Source: Acidimicrobiia bacterium
Lineage (GTDB): Bacteria > Actinomycetota > Acidimicrobiia > Spongiisociales > JAHEDJ01
Direction: 5' to 3'
NCBI GenBank assembly: GCA_029210695.1
Contig: JARGFH010000034.1
Span: 1-42,031 of the forward strand
DNA length: 42,031 nt
The notes under the pieces are model-generated. The model was not told the origin of the DNA. It saw only the letters and a list, made by a program, of their open reading frames with translations, and did not search any database. Every line of letters starts with the position of its first letter. The stretch's first letter is position 1. A program made the translations under genes and the position numbers. Of the stretch, positions 16,611 through 26,800 are shown one piece after another.

Positions 16611-17923
16611 ACCAGACCCTCGTTCTGTTCAAGCGCATGACCGAGCACCCGGCCGATTCACACACGATCGACCGCTACCTGGAGACGGGTGGGTACGAGC
16701 AAGCCCGGGTCGCCCTCGGCCGGACCCGCGACGAGCTCGTCGAACTGGTCAAGAGCTCCGGGCTGATTGGACGCGGTGGTGCCGGGTTCTCCGCCGGAAT
16801 GAAGTGGTCGTTCCTTGCTCCTGCTCGTCCTGCGTATCTAGTGGTCAACGGTGATGAGTCCGAGCCGGGCACGTTCAAGGACCGTCAGCTGCTCGAGCGT
16901 GACCCGCACCAGATGGTCGAAGGCATGATCATCGCGGCGGTTGCCAACGAGGTGCACGAAGCGTTCGTCTACATCCGGGGTGAGTACCCCAAGCCGGCTC
17001 GCCGTGTCCAGCAAGCCGTAGCCGACGCCTACGAACGCGGGTTCCTGGGCCGGGATGTCATGGGCACCGGCTATCACCTCGACATAACCGTCCACCTCGG
17101 GGCCGGCGCCTACATCTGTGGCGAAGAGACGGCGTTACTCAACAGCCTCGAGGGCCGCCGCGGTGAACCACGACTGAAGCCACCGTTCTTCCCGGCCGCC
17201 AAGGGTCTCTACATGCTGCCGACGATCGTCAACAACGTCGAGACGATCTCGAATCTCCCCCACATCGTGGAGCGAGGGATCGATTGGTATCGCGGGCTAG
17301 GACACGATGTCGACACCGGGACTTTCCTCTTCTCGGTCTCCGGTCACGTGCAGAAGCCCGGCAACTACGAGTTGCCGCACGGGATGACCTGGCGAAAGCT
17401 GATCTACGACGTCGCCGGCGGGATCCGGAACGACAACGAGCTCAAAGCCTGGGTTCCCGGCGGTGCTTCGGCTCCGTGGTTTGTTCCCTCCGAACATCTC
17501 GATCTCGAGATCACGAAGTCGGTCACCGATTCGAGCGGGTCCATGCTCGGCTCCGGTGCGGTCATTGTGATGGACGAAACCACGGATATGGTGGCGGCGG
17601 CCGAGCGCCTCGTGCGGTTTTTCGCTGAGGAGTCCTGCGGCCAGTGCACTCCGTGCCGCGAGGGCACCACCTGGCTCGACATGATCCTCCGGCGCATGCT
17701 CGACGGGGGCGGCCGGGCCGTCGATCTCGATCTGCTGTACGACGTATCGGACAATATCTCGGTCGGCGTCGGCTGGCCCCCCAAGCAGACGACCATTTGC
17801 CCGCTTGGCCCTTCGGCCGTCAGCGCCGTCAAGTCTCTGCTCGAGTACTTCCGTCCCGAAGCCGAAGCGCACATCGCCAGAGCGAACCGTGTTCCGGTCA
17901 CGATCAAGGGGTTCGGGCAATGA
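16607..17923 (+). CDS. nuoF: NADH-quinone oxidoreductase subunit F
   Basis: GRGGAGF, DESEPGTFKDR, YICGEETAL and ESCGQCTPCREG motifs. Confidence 0.97.
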   Translation: MNQTLVLFKRMTEHPADSHTIDRYLETGGYEQARVALGRTRDELVELVKSSGLIGRGGAGFSAGMKWSFLAPARPAYLVVNGDESEPGTFKDRQLLERDPHQMVEGMIIAAVANEVHEAFVYIRGEYPKPARRVQQAVADAYERGFLGRDVMGTGYHLDITVHLGAGAYICGEETALLNSLEGRRGEPRLKPPFFPAAKGLYMLPTIVNNVETISNLPHIVERGIDWYRGLGHDVDTGTFLFSVSGHVQKPGNYELPHGMTWRKLIYDVAGGIRNDNELKAWVPGGASAPWFVPSEHLDLEITKSVTDSSGSMLGSGAVIVMDETTDMVAAAERLVRFFAEESCGQCTPCREGTTWLDMILRRMLDGGGRAVDLDLLYDVSDNISVGVGWPPKQTTICPLGPSAVSAVKSLLEYFRPEAEAHIARANRVPVTIKGFGQ

Positions 17924-20451
17924 CCGAAATGGTCACGATCAATGTCGACGGCGAGGACCGCCGGGTCCCGGCCGGGGAGACGCTCATACAGGCGTGTCTC
18001 GACACGGGCTCGTACGTGCCGCATTTCTGTTACCACCCCCGGATGGAACCGGTTGGCATGTGCCGCCAGTGCATGGTCGAAGTGGAAACCCCGCGCGGAA
18101 CCATGCTGGTGCCGTCGTGCACGATGTCGGTCAACGATGGCTTGGTGGTCCACACCAAGTCGGAGACGGTCAAGAAAGTGCAGGAGGGCATGCTCGAGTT
18201 CCTCCTCATCAATCATCCGCTCGATTGTCCCGTCTGTGACCGCGGCGGCGAATGCCCACTCCAGGACCAGACCATGGCCTGCGGTCCAGGGGAGAGTCGG
18301 TTCGTCGAGGAGAAGCGTCACTACGAGAAGCCCATCCCGATCTCCGATCTCGTCTTCCTGGACCGGGAGCGCTGCATTCTCTGTGCCAGGTGCGTGCGGT
18401 TCAGCGAAGAGATTTCGGGTGATCCGCTCATCGAGTTCATGGATCGAGGCGCCAACAATCAGATTCAGACGTTCCCGGACGAACCTTTCTCCTCGTACTT
18501 CTCCGGCAACACCGTGCAGATCTGCCCGGTCGGAGCGCTAACGGCAGCCCCCTACCGCTTCCGGGCGCGTCCTTGGGACCTCCAGAAAGCAGCCAGTACG
18601 TGCACGCACTGCACCACCGGTTGTGACATCTCGGTCGACTCCTCACAGAATCAGGTACTTCGCTTCAACGGGGTCGACAACGACTTCACCAATCACGGTT
18701 GGCTGAGCGACAAGTGCCGCTTCGGGTTCGAGTTCCTCGGCTCTGATCGGCGGGTTACCACCCCGCTCATCAAGGGCGAAGATGGTGAGCATCGGGTCGC
18801 GTCCTGGAGCGAGGCACTCGATCTCGTCGCAGGGCGCCTCTCGGCCATCATCGAACGCGACGGCGGAGGATCAGTGGCCGCTCTCGGGGGCGCCCGTGGC
18901 ACGAATGAGGACGCGTATGCCCTCTCGAAGTTCATGCGAACCGCGGTCGGTTCCAACCATGTCGACGCCCAGATGGACGACGGCCTCGATCCACAGTTCC
19001 TAGCCGCCGTGGCCGGGCGCGGCCGGATCAACGATCTGGAATCTGCCAAGGCGATCTTGCTCTGGGGCCCCGACCTCAAGGAGGAGAACGGTACGTTGTA
19101 CCTTCGCGTGCGGCGGGCCGCCCAGACGCTCGGAGCAAGGCTGATCGTGGTCCACCCTCGACGCACCGGCCTCGACGACCGGGCCGCCTTCAAGTTCACC
19201 TACCGGCCCGGTGCGGGAGCGGAAACCTTGCGCAAGCTCGTGGCGGGTGAGGGCGAGTTCGCGGCGGCGCGAGAAGCGCTCAATGAGGGACCGGTCGTGG
19301 CTCTGGTCGGTCGGACCGGATACACAGAAGATCCGCGTCTCGCCGAAGCGGTGGCGGCCTTCGCCCGCGATCTCCCGGATTCGTCCGTGCTGGTGCTGGC
19401 CAGGCGATCAAACGTGTTCGGGGCCCTCGACATGGGTCTGGCGCCGACGCTGTTGCCGGGACGCGTCTCGGCAGACGACGAATCCGGACGGGCGTTGCTG
19501 GCTTCGGTATGGGGCGAGTTGCCGGATGCGGTGGGCCGTCGGGCGAAGGGCATTCTGCAGGGGGTTCGCGATGGAGCCATTAAGGCCCTCCTGTTGATGG
19601 GCGCCGACCCCGTTCGCGATGTTCCCGACGGTGCACTTGCCTCGGCCGCACTCGGCGAGGCGGAGTTCATCGTTGCCATCGATCTGTTCGTCACAGATTC
19701 CTCAGCCCTCGCCGATGTGATCCTTCCGGCTGCCGCCTTCACCGAGAAGGACGGCTCCGTCACCAACCTCGAAGGCCGGGTGCAGAAGGTCAATCAGGTC
19801 GTCGCACCCCCAGGACAAGCGCGGGCAGATTGGTCGATCCTCGACGACCTGGCCCGCCGGTTGGGCAAACCGCTCGGGTTCGGCTCGGTGGAGATCGTCG
19901 CCAAGGAAATGGCGGCGGCCGCTCCTGCCTATGCGGGCGTCGAGTGGGATGACCTCGAGACCGAAGCCGGCGTCGTGGTGCCTACCGGCGATGCAACACA
20001 GCCGCTCCACTACGTGCCGGTCGCCGGCTGGTCCGCCGGTGGCGGGGACAGCTCCACCGCCGAAGCCAGGGGTAGCGGGGCAAACGCGTTCGCGCTCCAC
20101 TACGCCCGGACCCTCTACGACGATGGCGTATTGATGCGTAGAGGTCTATCGCTCCACAAGCTAGCCCCGGGTGGCTTCGCAGCCATCACCTCCGGTGACG
20201 CCCGACGCCTCGGTGTTGATGAAGGCGACATGGTGACGGTCAACGAAGTGCCTCTACCGCTGCGCATCGACGACTCGCTGCTCGACGGGGTGGTGTACGT
20301 TCCGTTCAACCAGCCCGGTATTGCTCCGCTGGGGGATTCGCCGGAGGTCTCGGTGTTGCCGTTCACCCAAGCGGAGGGGGGCTCTGTCGCTCCCCCTCTT
20401 GGGGGGAGTACCGGCGGAGACGAAGGGTCCGACGGGGAGGGGGGCTCCTAG
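17920..20451 (+). CDS. nuoG: NADH-quinone oxidoreductase subunit G
   Basis: ATG at 17920 overlaps the nuoF stop. PHFCYH, CRQC, HPLDCPVCDRGGECPLQ, CILCARCVRF and CPVGAL motifs. Confidence 0.96.
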   Translation: MTEMVTINVDGEDRRVPAGETLIQACLDTGSYVPHFCYHPRMEPVGMCRQCMVEVETPRGTMLVPSCTMSVNDGLVVHTKSETVKKVQEGMLEFLLINHPLDCPVCDRGGECPLQDQTMACGPGESRFVEEKRHYEKPIPISDLVFLDRERCILCARCVRFSEEISGDPLIEFMDRGANNQIQTFPDEPFSSYFSGNTVQICPVGALTAAPYRFRARPWDLQKAASTCTHCTTGCDISVDSSQNQVLRFNGVDNDFTNHGWLSDKCRFGFEFLGSDRRVTTPLIKGEDGEHRVASWSEALDLVAGRLSAIIERDGGGSVAALGGARGTNEDAYALSKFMRTAVGSNHVDAQMDDGLDPQFLAAVAGRGRINDLESAKAILLWGPDLKEENGTLYLRVRRAAQTLGARLIVVHPRRTGLDDRAAFKFTYRPGAGAETLRKLVAGEGEFAAAREALNEGPVVALVGRTGYTEDPRLAEAVAAFARDLPDSSVLVLARRSNVFGALDMGLAPTLLPGRVSADDESGRALLASVWGELPDAVGRRAKGILQGVRDGAIKALLLMGADPVRDVPDGALASAALGEAEFIVAIDLFVTDSSALADVILPAAAFTEKDGSVTNLEGRVQKVNQVVAPPGQARADWSILDDLARRLGKPLGFGSVEIVAKEMAAAAPAYAGVEWDDLETEAGVVVPTGDATQPLHYVPVAGWSAGGGDSSTAEARGSGANAFALHYARTLYDDGVLMRRGLSLHKLAPGGFAAITSGDARRLGVDEGDMVTVNEVPLPLRIDDSLLDGVVYVPFNQPGIAPLGDSPEVSVLPFTQAEGGSVAPPLGGSTGGDEGSDGEGGS
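20387..20445 (+). repeat. GC-rich palindromic element translated in the NuoG tail
   Basis: TCGCTCCCCCTCTTGGGGGGAGTACCGGCGG...GGGGAGGGGGGC, homologous to the copies in nuoI. Confidence 0.85.
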
Positions 20452-21591
20452 ATGGACTTCTGGGATTACGCCATCATCGCCGTCCGGGTGATCCTCGCCT
20501 TTGCCATTCCGCTGGTGGCGGTCGTCTTCCTGGTGTGGGGAGAACGCAAGATCAACGCCGACATGACCAACCGAATTGGCCCGGACCGGGCCGGTCCGTG
20601 GGGGATTCTCCAGACGGTGGCGGACGGGTTGAAGCTGTTCTTCAAAGAACAGGTCACGCCTCGCAAGGTCGAGTTCCTCATGTATGCGGCGGCTCCCGTC
20701 ATCGCCCTCGTCCCTGCCTTCATGACTTTCCTCATCATCCCGTGGGGTCAGGGATTCACCTTCGAGATCGGTGGAAAGGTACGCGAATTCGCCTTCGTCG
20801 GAGCCGACCTCAACGTGGGGGTCCTGTTCTTCCTCGCCATGTCCTCGGTAGCCGTCTATGCGGTAATCCTGGCCGGATGGTCGTCCGGCTCGAAATACCC
20901 GCTGCTGGGTGGTGTCCGTGGCACGGCGCAGGCCATCTCCTATGAAGCCGCCATGGGACTCGCCATGGTGGCGGTTGTGTTGTTTGCATCCACGACGTCG
21001 AGCGAGGGTGGCACGTTGTCTCTCGTCGAACTCGTCGAGCGACAGCGAGGGACCTGGGACGAAGTCGTGACCCTCCCCGGCGGACTCGCCTGGTTCGAGA
21101 ACGTCCTGGGGTTGATCCCCCGGTGGAACATCCTGCCGCAGTTCATTGCGTTCGTGATCTTCATGATTGCCGCGGTTGCTGAGACCAATCGGGCTCCCTT
21201 CGACCTGGTCGAGGCCGAGCAGGAACTGGTCGGTGGGTTCCACACGGAGTACTCGGGGTTCCGCTTCGCGATGTTCTTCCTGGCCGAGTACACGAACATG
21301 TTCAACATGTCGGCGATAGCCGTTGTGCTGTTCTTTGGTGGTTGGGACGGGCCGACGTTCGATAGATGGCTGCCGGGCTTCTTCGTGACGATGCTGCCGC
21401 TGTTCTGGTTTCTGCTGAAAACGGCGGCGGTCTTGTTCGTCTATATCTGGATCCGGGCGACCTGGCCGCGGTTGCGGTACGACCAGTTGATGACGCTCGG
21501 CTGGAAGCGATTGATCCCGGCGGCGCTCGTCTGGCTCATCGCGTCCACAATCGTGGTATCGATTCGCCAGTTCGGCTGGCCATGGGCTTGA
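20452..21591 (+). CDS. nuoH: NADH-quinone oxidoreductase subunit H
   Basis: ERK, ADGLKLFFKE, AETNRAPFDLVEAEQELVGGFHTEYSG and PRLRYDQL motifs. Confidence 0.97.
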   Translation: MDFWDYAIIAVRVILAFAIPLVAVVFLVWGERKINADMTNRIGPDRAGPWGILQTVADGLKLFFKEQVTPRKVEFLMYAAAPVIALVPAFMTFLIIPWGQGFTFEIGGKVREFAFVGADLNVGVLFFLAMSSVAVYAVILAGWSSGSKYPLLGGVRGTAQAISYEAAMGLAMVAVVLFASTTSSEGGTLSLVELVERQRGTWDEVVTLPGGLAWFENVLGLIPRWNILPQFIAFVIFMIAAVAETNRAPFDLVEAEQELVGGFHTEYSGFRFAMFFLAEYTNMFNMSAIAVVLFFGGWDGPTFDRWLPGFFVTMLPLFWFLLKTAAVLFVYIWIRATWPRLRYDQLMTLGWKRLIPAALVWLIASTIVVSIRQFGWPWA

Positions 21592-21604
21592 GAGGAGGTG
21601 ACCG

Positions 21605-22393
21605 ATGGGAATCCTGAATGACTTTGCCAAGGGCCTCAGGGTCACCTTGCGCCAGATCTGGGGCGAACGGGTCACTGCTGAGTATCCGAAGGACATGCGT
21701 GAGAAGCCCCAGCGTTTCCACGGGCGGCACGTGCTGAACCGCTATCCGGACGGCATGGAGAAATGCATCGGCTGCGAACTGTGTGCAGGCGCCTGTCCTG
21801 CCCACTGCATCTATGTGCGCGGAGCCGACAACCCGATCGAGGCGCCCGTATCTCCCGGGGAGCGGTTCGGGTTCGTGTACGAGATCAACATGCTCCGTTG
21901 CATCTTCTGCGCCTTGTGCGTCGAAGCCTGCCCTACCGAGGCCATCACGATGACGCATCTGTTCGAGATGTCGACCACCAATCGCGAGGATGCCATCTAC
22001 ACCAAGCGGGAACTGCTGGTGGAACCCGACGGCACGCCCAACCACATGTTCCCGGACGACCCGCTCGCAGACGTCGAAGAACTTCGCAAAGCGGACGGCT
22101 GGATGCGGGCGGTGGCTCCCGGCGGTCGCGCTGCCTATGAAGGTCTCACGCCCTGGAGTGAATCAGCGGGGGTCGGTGTTCGCCCCTCCGAACCGGGCCA
22201 GGACCCTCTGCGGCCGATCGCGGCGGACCTGCCTGATTTCCTGGCGATCGCTCCCCCCGATGGGGGGAGTACCGACGGGCCCGAAGGGTCCGGCGGGGAG
22301 GGGGGCACGATCGCTCCCCCCGATGGGGGGAGTACCGACGGGCCCGAAGGGTCCGGCGGGGAGGGGGGCTTCTTGCCGGAGGAGGAGTCCTGA
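21605..22393 (+). CDS. nuoI: NADH-quinone oxidoreductase subunit I
   Basis: [12 protein letters not shown] and [12 protein letters not shown] motifs. The tail is repeat-derived. Confidence 0.96.
   Translation: MGILNDFAKGLRVTLRQIWGERVTAEYPKDMREKPQRFHGRHVLNRYPDGMEKCIGCELCAGACPAHCIYVRGADNPIEAPVSPGERFGFVYEINMLRCIFCALCVEACPTEAITMTHLFEMSTTNREDAIYTKRELLVEPDGTPNHMFPDDPLADVEELRKADGWMRAVAPGGRAAYEGLTPWSESAGVGVRPSEPGQDPLRPIAADLPDFLAIAPPDGGSTDGPEGSGGEGGTIAPPDGGSTDGPEGSGGEGGFLPEEES
22245..22369 (+). repeat. Two tandem identical 62-bp palindromic elements (63-nt period) in the nuoI tail
   Basis: 22245-22306 is identical to 22308-22369. They encode [20 protein letters not shown] twice. Confidence 0.92.
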
Positions 22394-22923
22394 TGGTGGA
22401 GTTGATCCTCTTTGTCATCCTGGGGGCGGTTGCCATTTTCGGCGCTCTGTCGGTCGTCTTCGCCAAGAACCCGGTTTACGGGGCGATGGGTCTGATGCTG
22501 ACGCTGTTTTCACTGGCCGTGTTCTACGTGATGCACCTGGCGCACCTCGTTGCCGCGGTGCAGATAATCGTCTACGCAGGTGCGGTGATGACGCTCTTCC
22601 TCTTCGTCATCATGCTGATCGGGGTCGACAGGGACGAGGATACGAGCGAGAAACTGCCGATGCAGCGGCAACTCGTATCTGGACTGGGCCTGGTTGTCGT
22701 TCTGATCGCAGGCGTAGCGGTCGTCGGCGGTCGGTTCGACTGGGTGCGGCCGGCCACCTCCACAATCGAGGTCAACGGGACCGTGCAAGAGGCCGGCCTG
22801 GCACTGTTCACCGATTGGATATTGCCGTTTGAGGCGACCTCGCTGCTATTGATCATCGCCGCCGCCGGGGCCATCGCGCTGGCCTACTACGGGCCGCGCC
22901 GCCGCGATCGAGAGGATGCGTGA
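22393..22923 (+). CDS. nuoJ: NADH-quinone oxidoreductase subunit J
   Basis: [19 protein letters not shown] and PFE motifs. Confidence 0.95.
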   Translation: MVELILFVILGAVAIFGALSVVFAKNPVYGAMGLMLTLFSLAVFYVMHLAHLVAAVQIIVYAGAVMTLFLFVIMLIGVDRDEDTSEKLPMQRQLVSGLGLVVVLIAGVAVVGGRFDWVRPATSTIEVNGTVQEAGLALFTDWILPFEATSLLLIIAAAGAIALAYYGPRRRDREDA

Positions 22924-23228
22924 TGGAAGTCACTGCCGGCTGGTATATGTCGCTTGCGGCCCTCTTGTTCATCATCGGGGCAGGCGGCATGCTGATCAGG
23001 CGCAATGCGCTGATGATGTTCATGTCCATCGAGTTGATGCTGAACTCGGTCAACCTCACGTTCGTGGCTGCAGGGAAGGAACTCGGTTCCCTCGACGGAC
23101 AGCTGGCCGTATTCTTCGTCCTGGTCGTGGCGGCCGCCGAAGTCGTAGTAGGCCTGGCGATCATCGTCTCGGTGTTCCAGCACCGGTCGAGCGCCTCTGC
23201 CGATGAACTCTCGGATCTGAGGGGATAG
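22920..23228 (+). CDS. nuoK: NADH-quinone oxidoreductase subunit K
   Basis: RRNAL, IELMLN and [11 protein letters not shown] motifs. Confidence 0.96.
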   Translation: MMEVTAGWYMSLAALLFIIGAGGMLIRRNALMMFMSIELMLNSVNLTFVAAGKELGSLDGQLAVFFVLVVAAAEVVVGLAIIVSVFQHRSSASADELSDLRG

Positions 23229-23301
23229 CAATGGGCCGCTTCGCTTCGCTCTCGATTACCAGATACCGGGTACCGGGTACCAAGTATTCGGCAGGTGCCG
23301 A

Positions 23302-25197
23302 ATGACCGATTTCATCTGGCTCATTCTCGCCTTGCCGGCCGCCGGGGCCGTACTACTGCACTTCTTTGGGAAACGGCTCGGTGAGCCTGCGGCCGGTTGG
23401 ATCGCTTCGCTGTTCGTGTCGGCCGCGTTCGTCTATGCAGTCGTGGCCGCCGTGCCGTTCTTTCAGGGAACCGGCCACCCCGAATCGGTGGTGCTGTGGT
23501 CGTGGATGCCGGCCATCGGCGCCGAGTTCGCCATCCGGTGGGATCCGCTCTCATCCCTGATGACCTTGGTGGTTACAGGAGTCGGAGCGCTCATTCATTT
23601 CTACGCCATCGGCTACATGCACGGCGACCCGCGTTTCTCCCGGTTCTTCACCTATATGAACCTGTTCGCCACCGGGATGCTCACCCTCGTTCTGGCAGAC
23701 AACTTCGCCATGCTGTTCCTCGGTTGGGAAGCCGTCGGACTCTGCTCGTACCTGTTGATCTCGTTCTGGTACACCAAGCCGTCGGCGGCCGCAGCCGGCA
23801 AGAAGGCGTTCATCGTCAACCGCATCGGTGACTTCGGCTTCATGATCGCGCTCATGATCATCCTCACGCAGTTCGGGACGCTCTCGTTTGATGTCCTCGA
23901 CGACCCGCACCTCGGACTGACGACGGGTCTGGCTACGGCAGTTGGCCTGTTGATGCTGGTCGGTGCCGCAGGGAAATCGGCGCAGATTCCTCTCTATGTG
24001 TGGCTCCCTGACGCGATGGAAGGCCCGACCCCCGTTTCTGCACTCATCCATGCCGCCACGATGGTCACCGCCGGCGTGTACCTCGTGGCCCGCAACGCGG
24101 CGATCTACGAGATGGCACCGATCGCGGCCACGACCGTCGCCACGGTCGGGGCGCTGACCGCCCTGTGGGCGGCGACGATTGCCATCGCCCAGAAAGACAT
24201 CAAAGCGGTCCTTGCCTATTCGACCGTCTCACAGCTCGGCTACATGTTCATCGGTGTCGGGAGCACCGCCTACGTGGCAGGCATGTTCCATTTCATGACC
24301 CACGCTTTCTTCAAGGCATTGCTCTTCCTCGGTGCCGGATCGGTGATCCACGCCATGTCCGACGAACAGAACATGGACAAGATGGGCGGTCTCGCCAAGC
24401 ACATGCCGGTCACCGCCACCACGATGGGCATCGCCACATTGGCGATCGCAGGGGTTCCGCCGCTGGCCGGCTTCTGGTCGAAGGATGAGATCCTCGGTTC
24501 GGCCTTCAACCAGGGCGGCTGGATGGTGGTGCTGTGGGGGATCGGACTGCTGACCGCCGGCATCACCGCCTTCTACATGACCCGTCAGTTCGTGATGGTC
24601 TTCCTGGGCAAGCCGCGGTGGGACGATGGAGTCCGTCCGCACGAGTCTCCGAAGACGATGACGGTCCCGCTGATGGCGCTGGCCGCACTGACCGTGGGCG
24701 GCGGATTCCTCAACACTCCTTTCCGGACCGGTCTGGAGCGCTACCTCGAGCCGAGTTTCGAAACTGTGGAAGGCGCCATTCACATGGCCCACCCTGCCGA
24801 GGGATCAACAGCCTGGATTCTGGCCGGGGTGGCCGTGCTGGCCGGGTTGGTGGGGATCTTCCTCGCCTACCGGCTCTATGCCGGTCCCGAAGAGCGGCGG
24901 GAGCGAGTGTTGCAGCGGTTCGCCCGCCCGATCTTCACCTGGGAGAACGCCTACTGGGTCGACCGCTTCTACGGCAAGACGATCGTGCTGCCCGGCAAGG
25001 CGGTAGCCGGGTGGGCTGCGTTCAAGTTCGATCTCGGCTTCATCGACGGGATGGTCAACGGGGTCGCCGGTCTGGTCAAGCGGTTCGGCACGATCGTCCG
25101 TCCACTGCAGACCGGCTTCGTTCGCAACTATGGCGTCATGCTCGCCGCCGGTTCGGTCGGCCTACTCGTCTGGTTCTTGAGTAGGGGCGGGTTGTGA
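23302..25197 (+). CDS. nuoL: NADH-quinone oxidoreductase subunit L
   Basis: GKSAQIPLYVWLPDAMEGPTPVSALIHAATMV and HAFFKALLFL motifs. Confidence 0.97.
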   Translation: MTDFIWLILALPAAGAVLLHFFGKRLGEPAAGWIASLFVSAAFVYAVVAAVPFFQGTGHPESVVLWSWMPAIGAEFAIRWDPLSSLMTLVVTGVGALIHFYAIGYMHGDPRFSRFFTYMNLFATGMLTLVLADNFAMLFLGWEAVGLCSYLLISFWYTKPSAAAAGKKAFIVNRIGDFGFMIALMIILTQFGTLSFDVLDDPHLGLTTGLATAVGLLMLVGAAGKSAQIPLYVWLPDAMEGPTPVSALIHAATMVTAGVYLVARNAAIYEMAPIAATTVATVGALTALWAATIAIAQKDIKAVLAYSTVSQLGYMFIGVGSTAYVAGMFHFMTHAFFKALLFLGAGSVIHAMSDEQNMDKMGGLAKHMPVTATTMGIATLAIAGVPPLAGFWSKDEILGSAFNQGGWMVVLWGIGLLTAGITAFYMTRQFVMVFLGKPRWDDGVRPHESPKTMTVPLMALAALTVGGGFLNTPFRTGLERYLEPSFETVEGAIHMAHPAEGSTAWILAGVAVLAGLVGIFLAYRLYAGPEERRERVLQRFARPIFTWENAYWVDRFYGKTIVLPGKAVAGWAAFKFDLGFIDGMVNGVAGLVKRFGTIVRPLQTGFVRNYGVMLAAGSVGLLVWFLSRGGL

Positions 25198-25255
25198 TGG
25201 TTCTCGACCAGTCGCGAGTCGCGCGTCCGGCTATTCGCGCAGGGAGGTGCAACTG

Positions 25256-26800
25256 ATGACCTTCCCCATCCTCGCCTCCCTCATCCTCACTCCGGTGGCT
25301 GCCGCGCTGGTGGTGGCGCTGGTTCCCAACCGCCGGTCGGAACTGCACCTTCCGCTGGGAATCACGCTCTCGATGATCCCGCTTGCCCTGGCCGGGTGGC
25401 TGTTCTTCGCCTTCGAAAAGGGTGTGGCCGGCTATCAGTACACCCAGCAGGCCTGGTGGTACGAGCCGTGGGGGATGTCGTGGCATGTTGGCGTGGACGG
25501 CATTTCGCTGGCCCTGGTGGCTTTGACCGCCCTGCTGGTGCCGATCTCACTGACCGCTTCCACCTCCATCGTCGACCGCACGAAGCTGTTCGTGGTCTTC
25601 ATGCTGATATTGGAGGCGGGCCTGATCGGAGTGTTCCTGGCGCTCGACATGATCCTCTTCTTCCTGTTCTTCGAGGTCGTGCTGGTTCCGATGTACTTCA
25701 TCATCGGCGTCTGGGGTGGCGAGCGACGCATCTACGCCGCCTACAAGTTCTTCTTGTACACCGCCCTCGGGTCTGCACTGATGCTGGCCGGGATCATCGC
25801 ACTGGCCTTCTTCCATCGAGATCAAGCCGGGCTGCTCAGTTTTGACTACCAGGAACTGCTGAACCTCCAACTCAGCGACAACGCTCAGTTGTGGCTCTTC
25901 GGCGCGTTCGGCCTGGCGTTTGCCATCAAGGTGCCCATCTTCCCGCTGCATACGTGGCTTCCTGATGCCCACGTCGAAGCGCCGACCGCCGGCTCGGTCA
26001 TGCTGGCCGGCGTTCTGCTGAAACTCGGCACCTACGGTTTCATCCGGTTCAATCTGGGGCTGTTTCCGCAAGCCACAGTTGACCTGGTGCCCGTCATGGC
26101 AACACTGGCGGTCATCGGCATCCTGTACGGCGCCTATGTCGCCATCGTCCAGCCGGATCTGAAGAAACTGGTTGCGTATTCGTCGGTCAGCCACCTCGGG
26201 TTCATCGTGCTCGGCACGTTCGCGCTGACGCAGGCGGCCGTCGAGGGAGCCGTCATCCAGATGGTCAACCACGGCATCACCACCGGCGTTCTGTTCCTCA
26301 TGGTCGGCATGATCTACGAGCGGCGCCATACGAAGAAGATCGAGGACTTCGGTGGGATCTGGCAGGTCGCCCCGTGGTTCTCGGGTGTCTTCCTCTTCAC
26401 GGCCTTCGCCTCGATCGGACTGCCCGGGCTCAACGGCTTCGTGGGTGAGTTCATGGTGCTGATGGGCAGTTATGCAACGCTTCCCGTAGCCGCCATCCTC
26501 GGTGCCTTCGGGGTGGTGCTGGCCGCCATCTACTTGCTGTGGGCCTATGAACGGGTGTTCACCGGTCCGATCACGATCGAGGAAAATCGTGAGGTGGCAG
26601 ACCTCAACGTCCGCGAGGTGAGCTTGCTGGCCCCGCTCGTTGCCCTCATGCTGGTCCTCGGGCTCTACCCGAACATCATCCTGGACAGGGTGTCCCCGTC
26701 TGTCGAAGCAGTGCTCGACCGGATAGAAGCGACGACGACCTACGTGGTCCCCGAACCCGGACCGCTGTTCGAGGTGCTGGGAGGAGGCCAGGGTGAGTGA
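25256..26800 (+). CDS. nuoM: NADH-quinone oxidoreductase subunit M
   Basis: ATG at 25256 after GGAGGTG. PLHTWLPDAHVEAPT and KKLVAYSSVSH motifs. Confidence 0.97.
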   Translation: MTFPILASLILTPVAAALVVALVPNRRSELHLPLGITLSMIPLALAGWLFFAFEKGVAGYQYTQQAWWYEPWGMSWHVGVDGISLALVALTALLVPISLTASTSIVDRTKLFVVFMLILEAGLIGVFLALDMILFFLFFEVVLVPMYFIIGVWGGERRIYAAYKFFLYTALGSALMLAGIIALAFFHRDQAGLLSFDYQELLNLQLSDNAQLWLFGAFGLAFAIKVPIFPLHTWLPDAHVEAPTAGSVMLAGVLLKLGTYGFIRFNLGLFPQATVDLVPVMATLAVIGILYGAYVAIVQPDLKKLVAYSSVSHLGFIVLGTFALTQAAVEGAVIQMVNHGITTGVLFLMVGMIYERRHTKKIEDFGGIWQVAPWFSGVFLFTAFASIGLPGLNGFVGEFMVLMGSYATLPVAAILGAFGVVLAAIYLLWAYERVFTGPITIEENREVADLNVREVSLLAPLVALMLVLGLYPNIILDRVSPSVEAVLDRIEATTTYVVPEPGPLFEVLGGGQGE

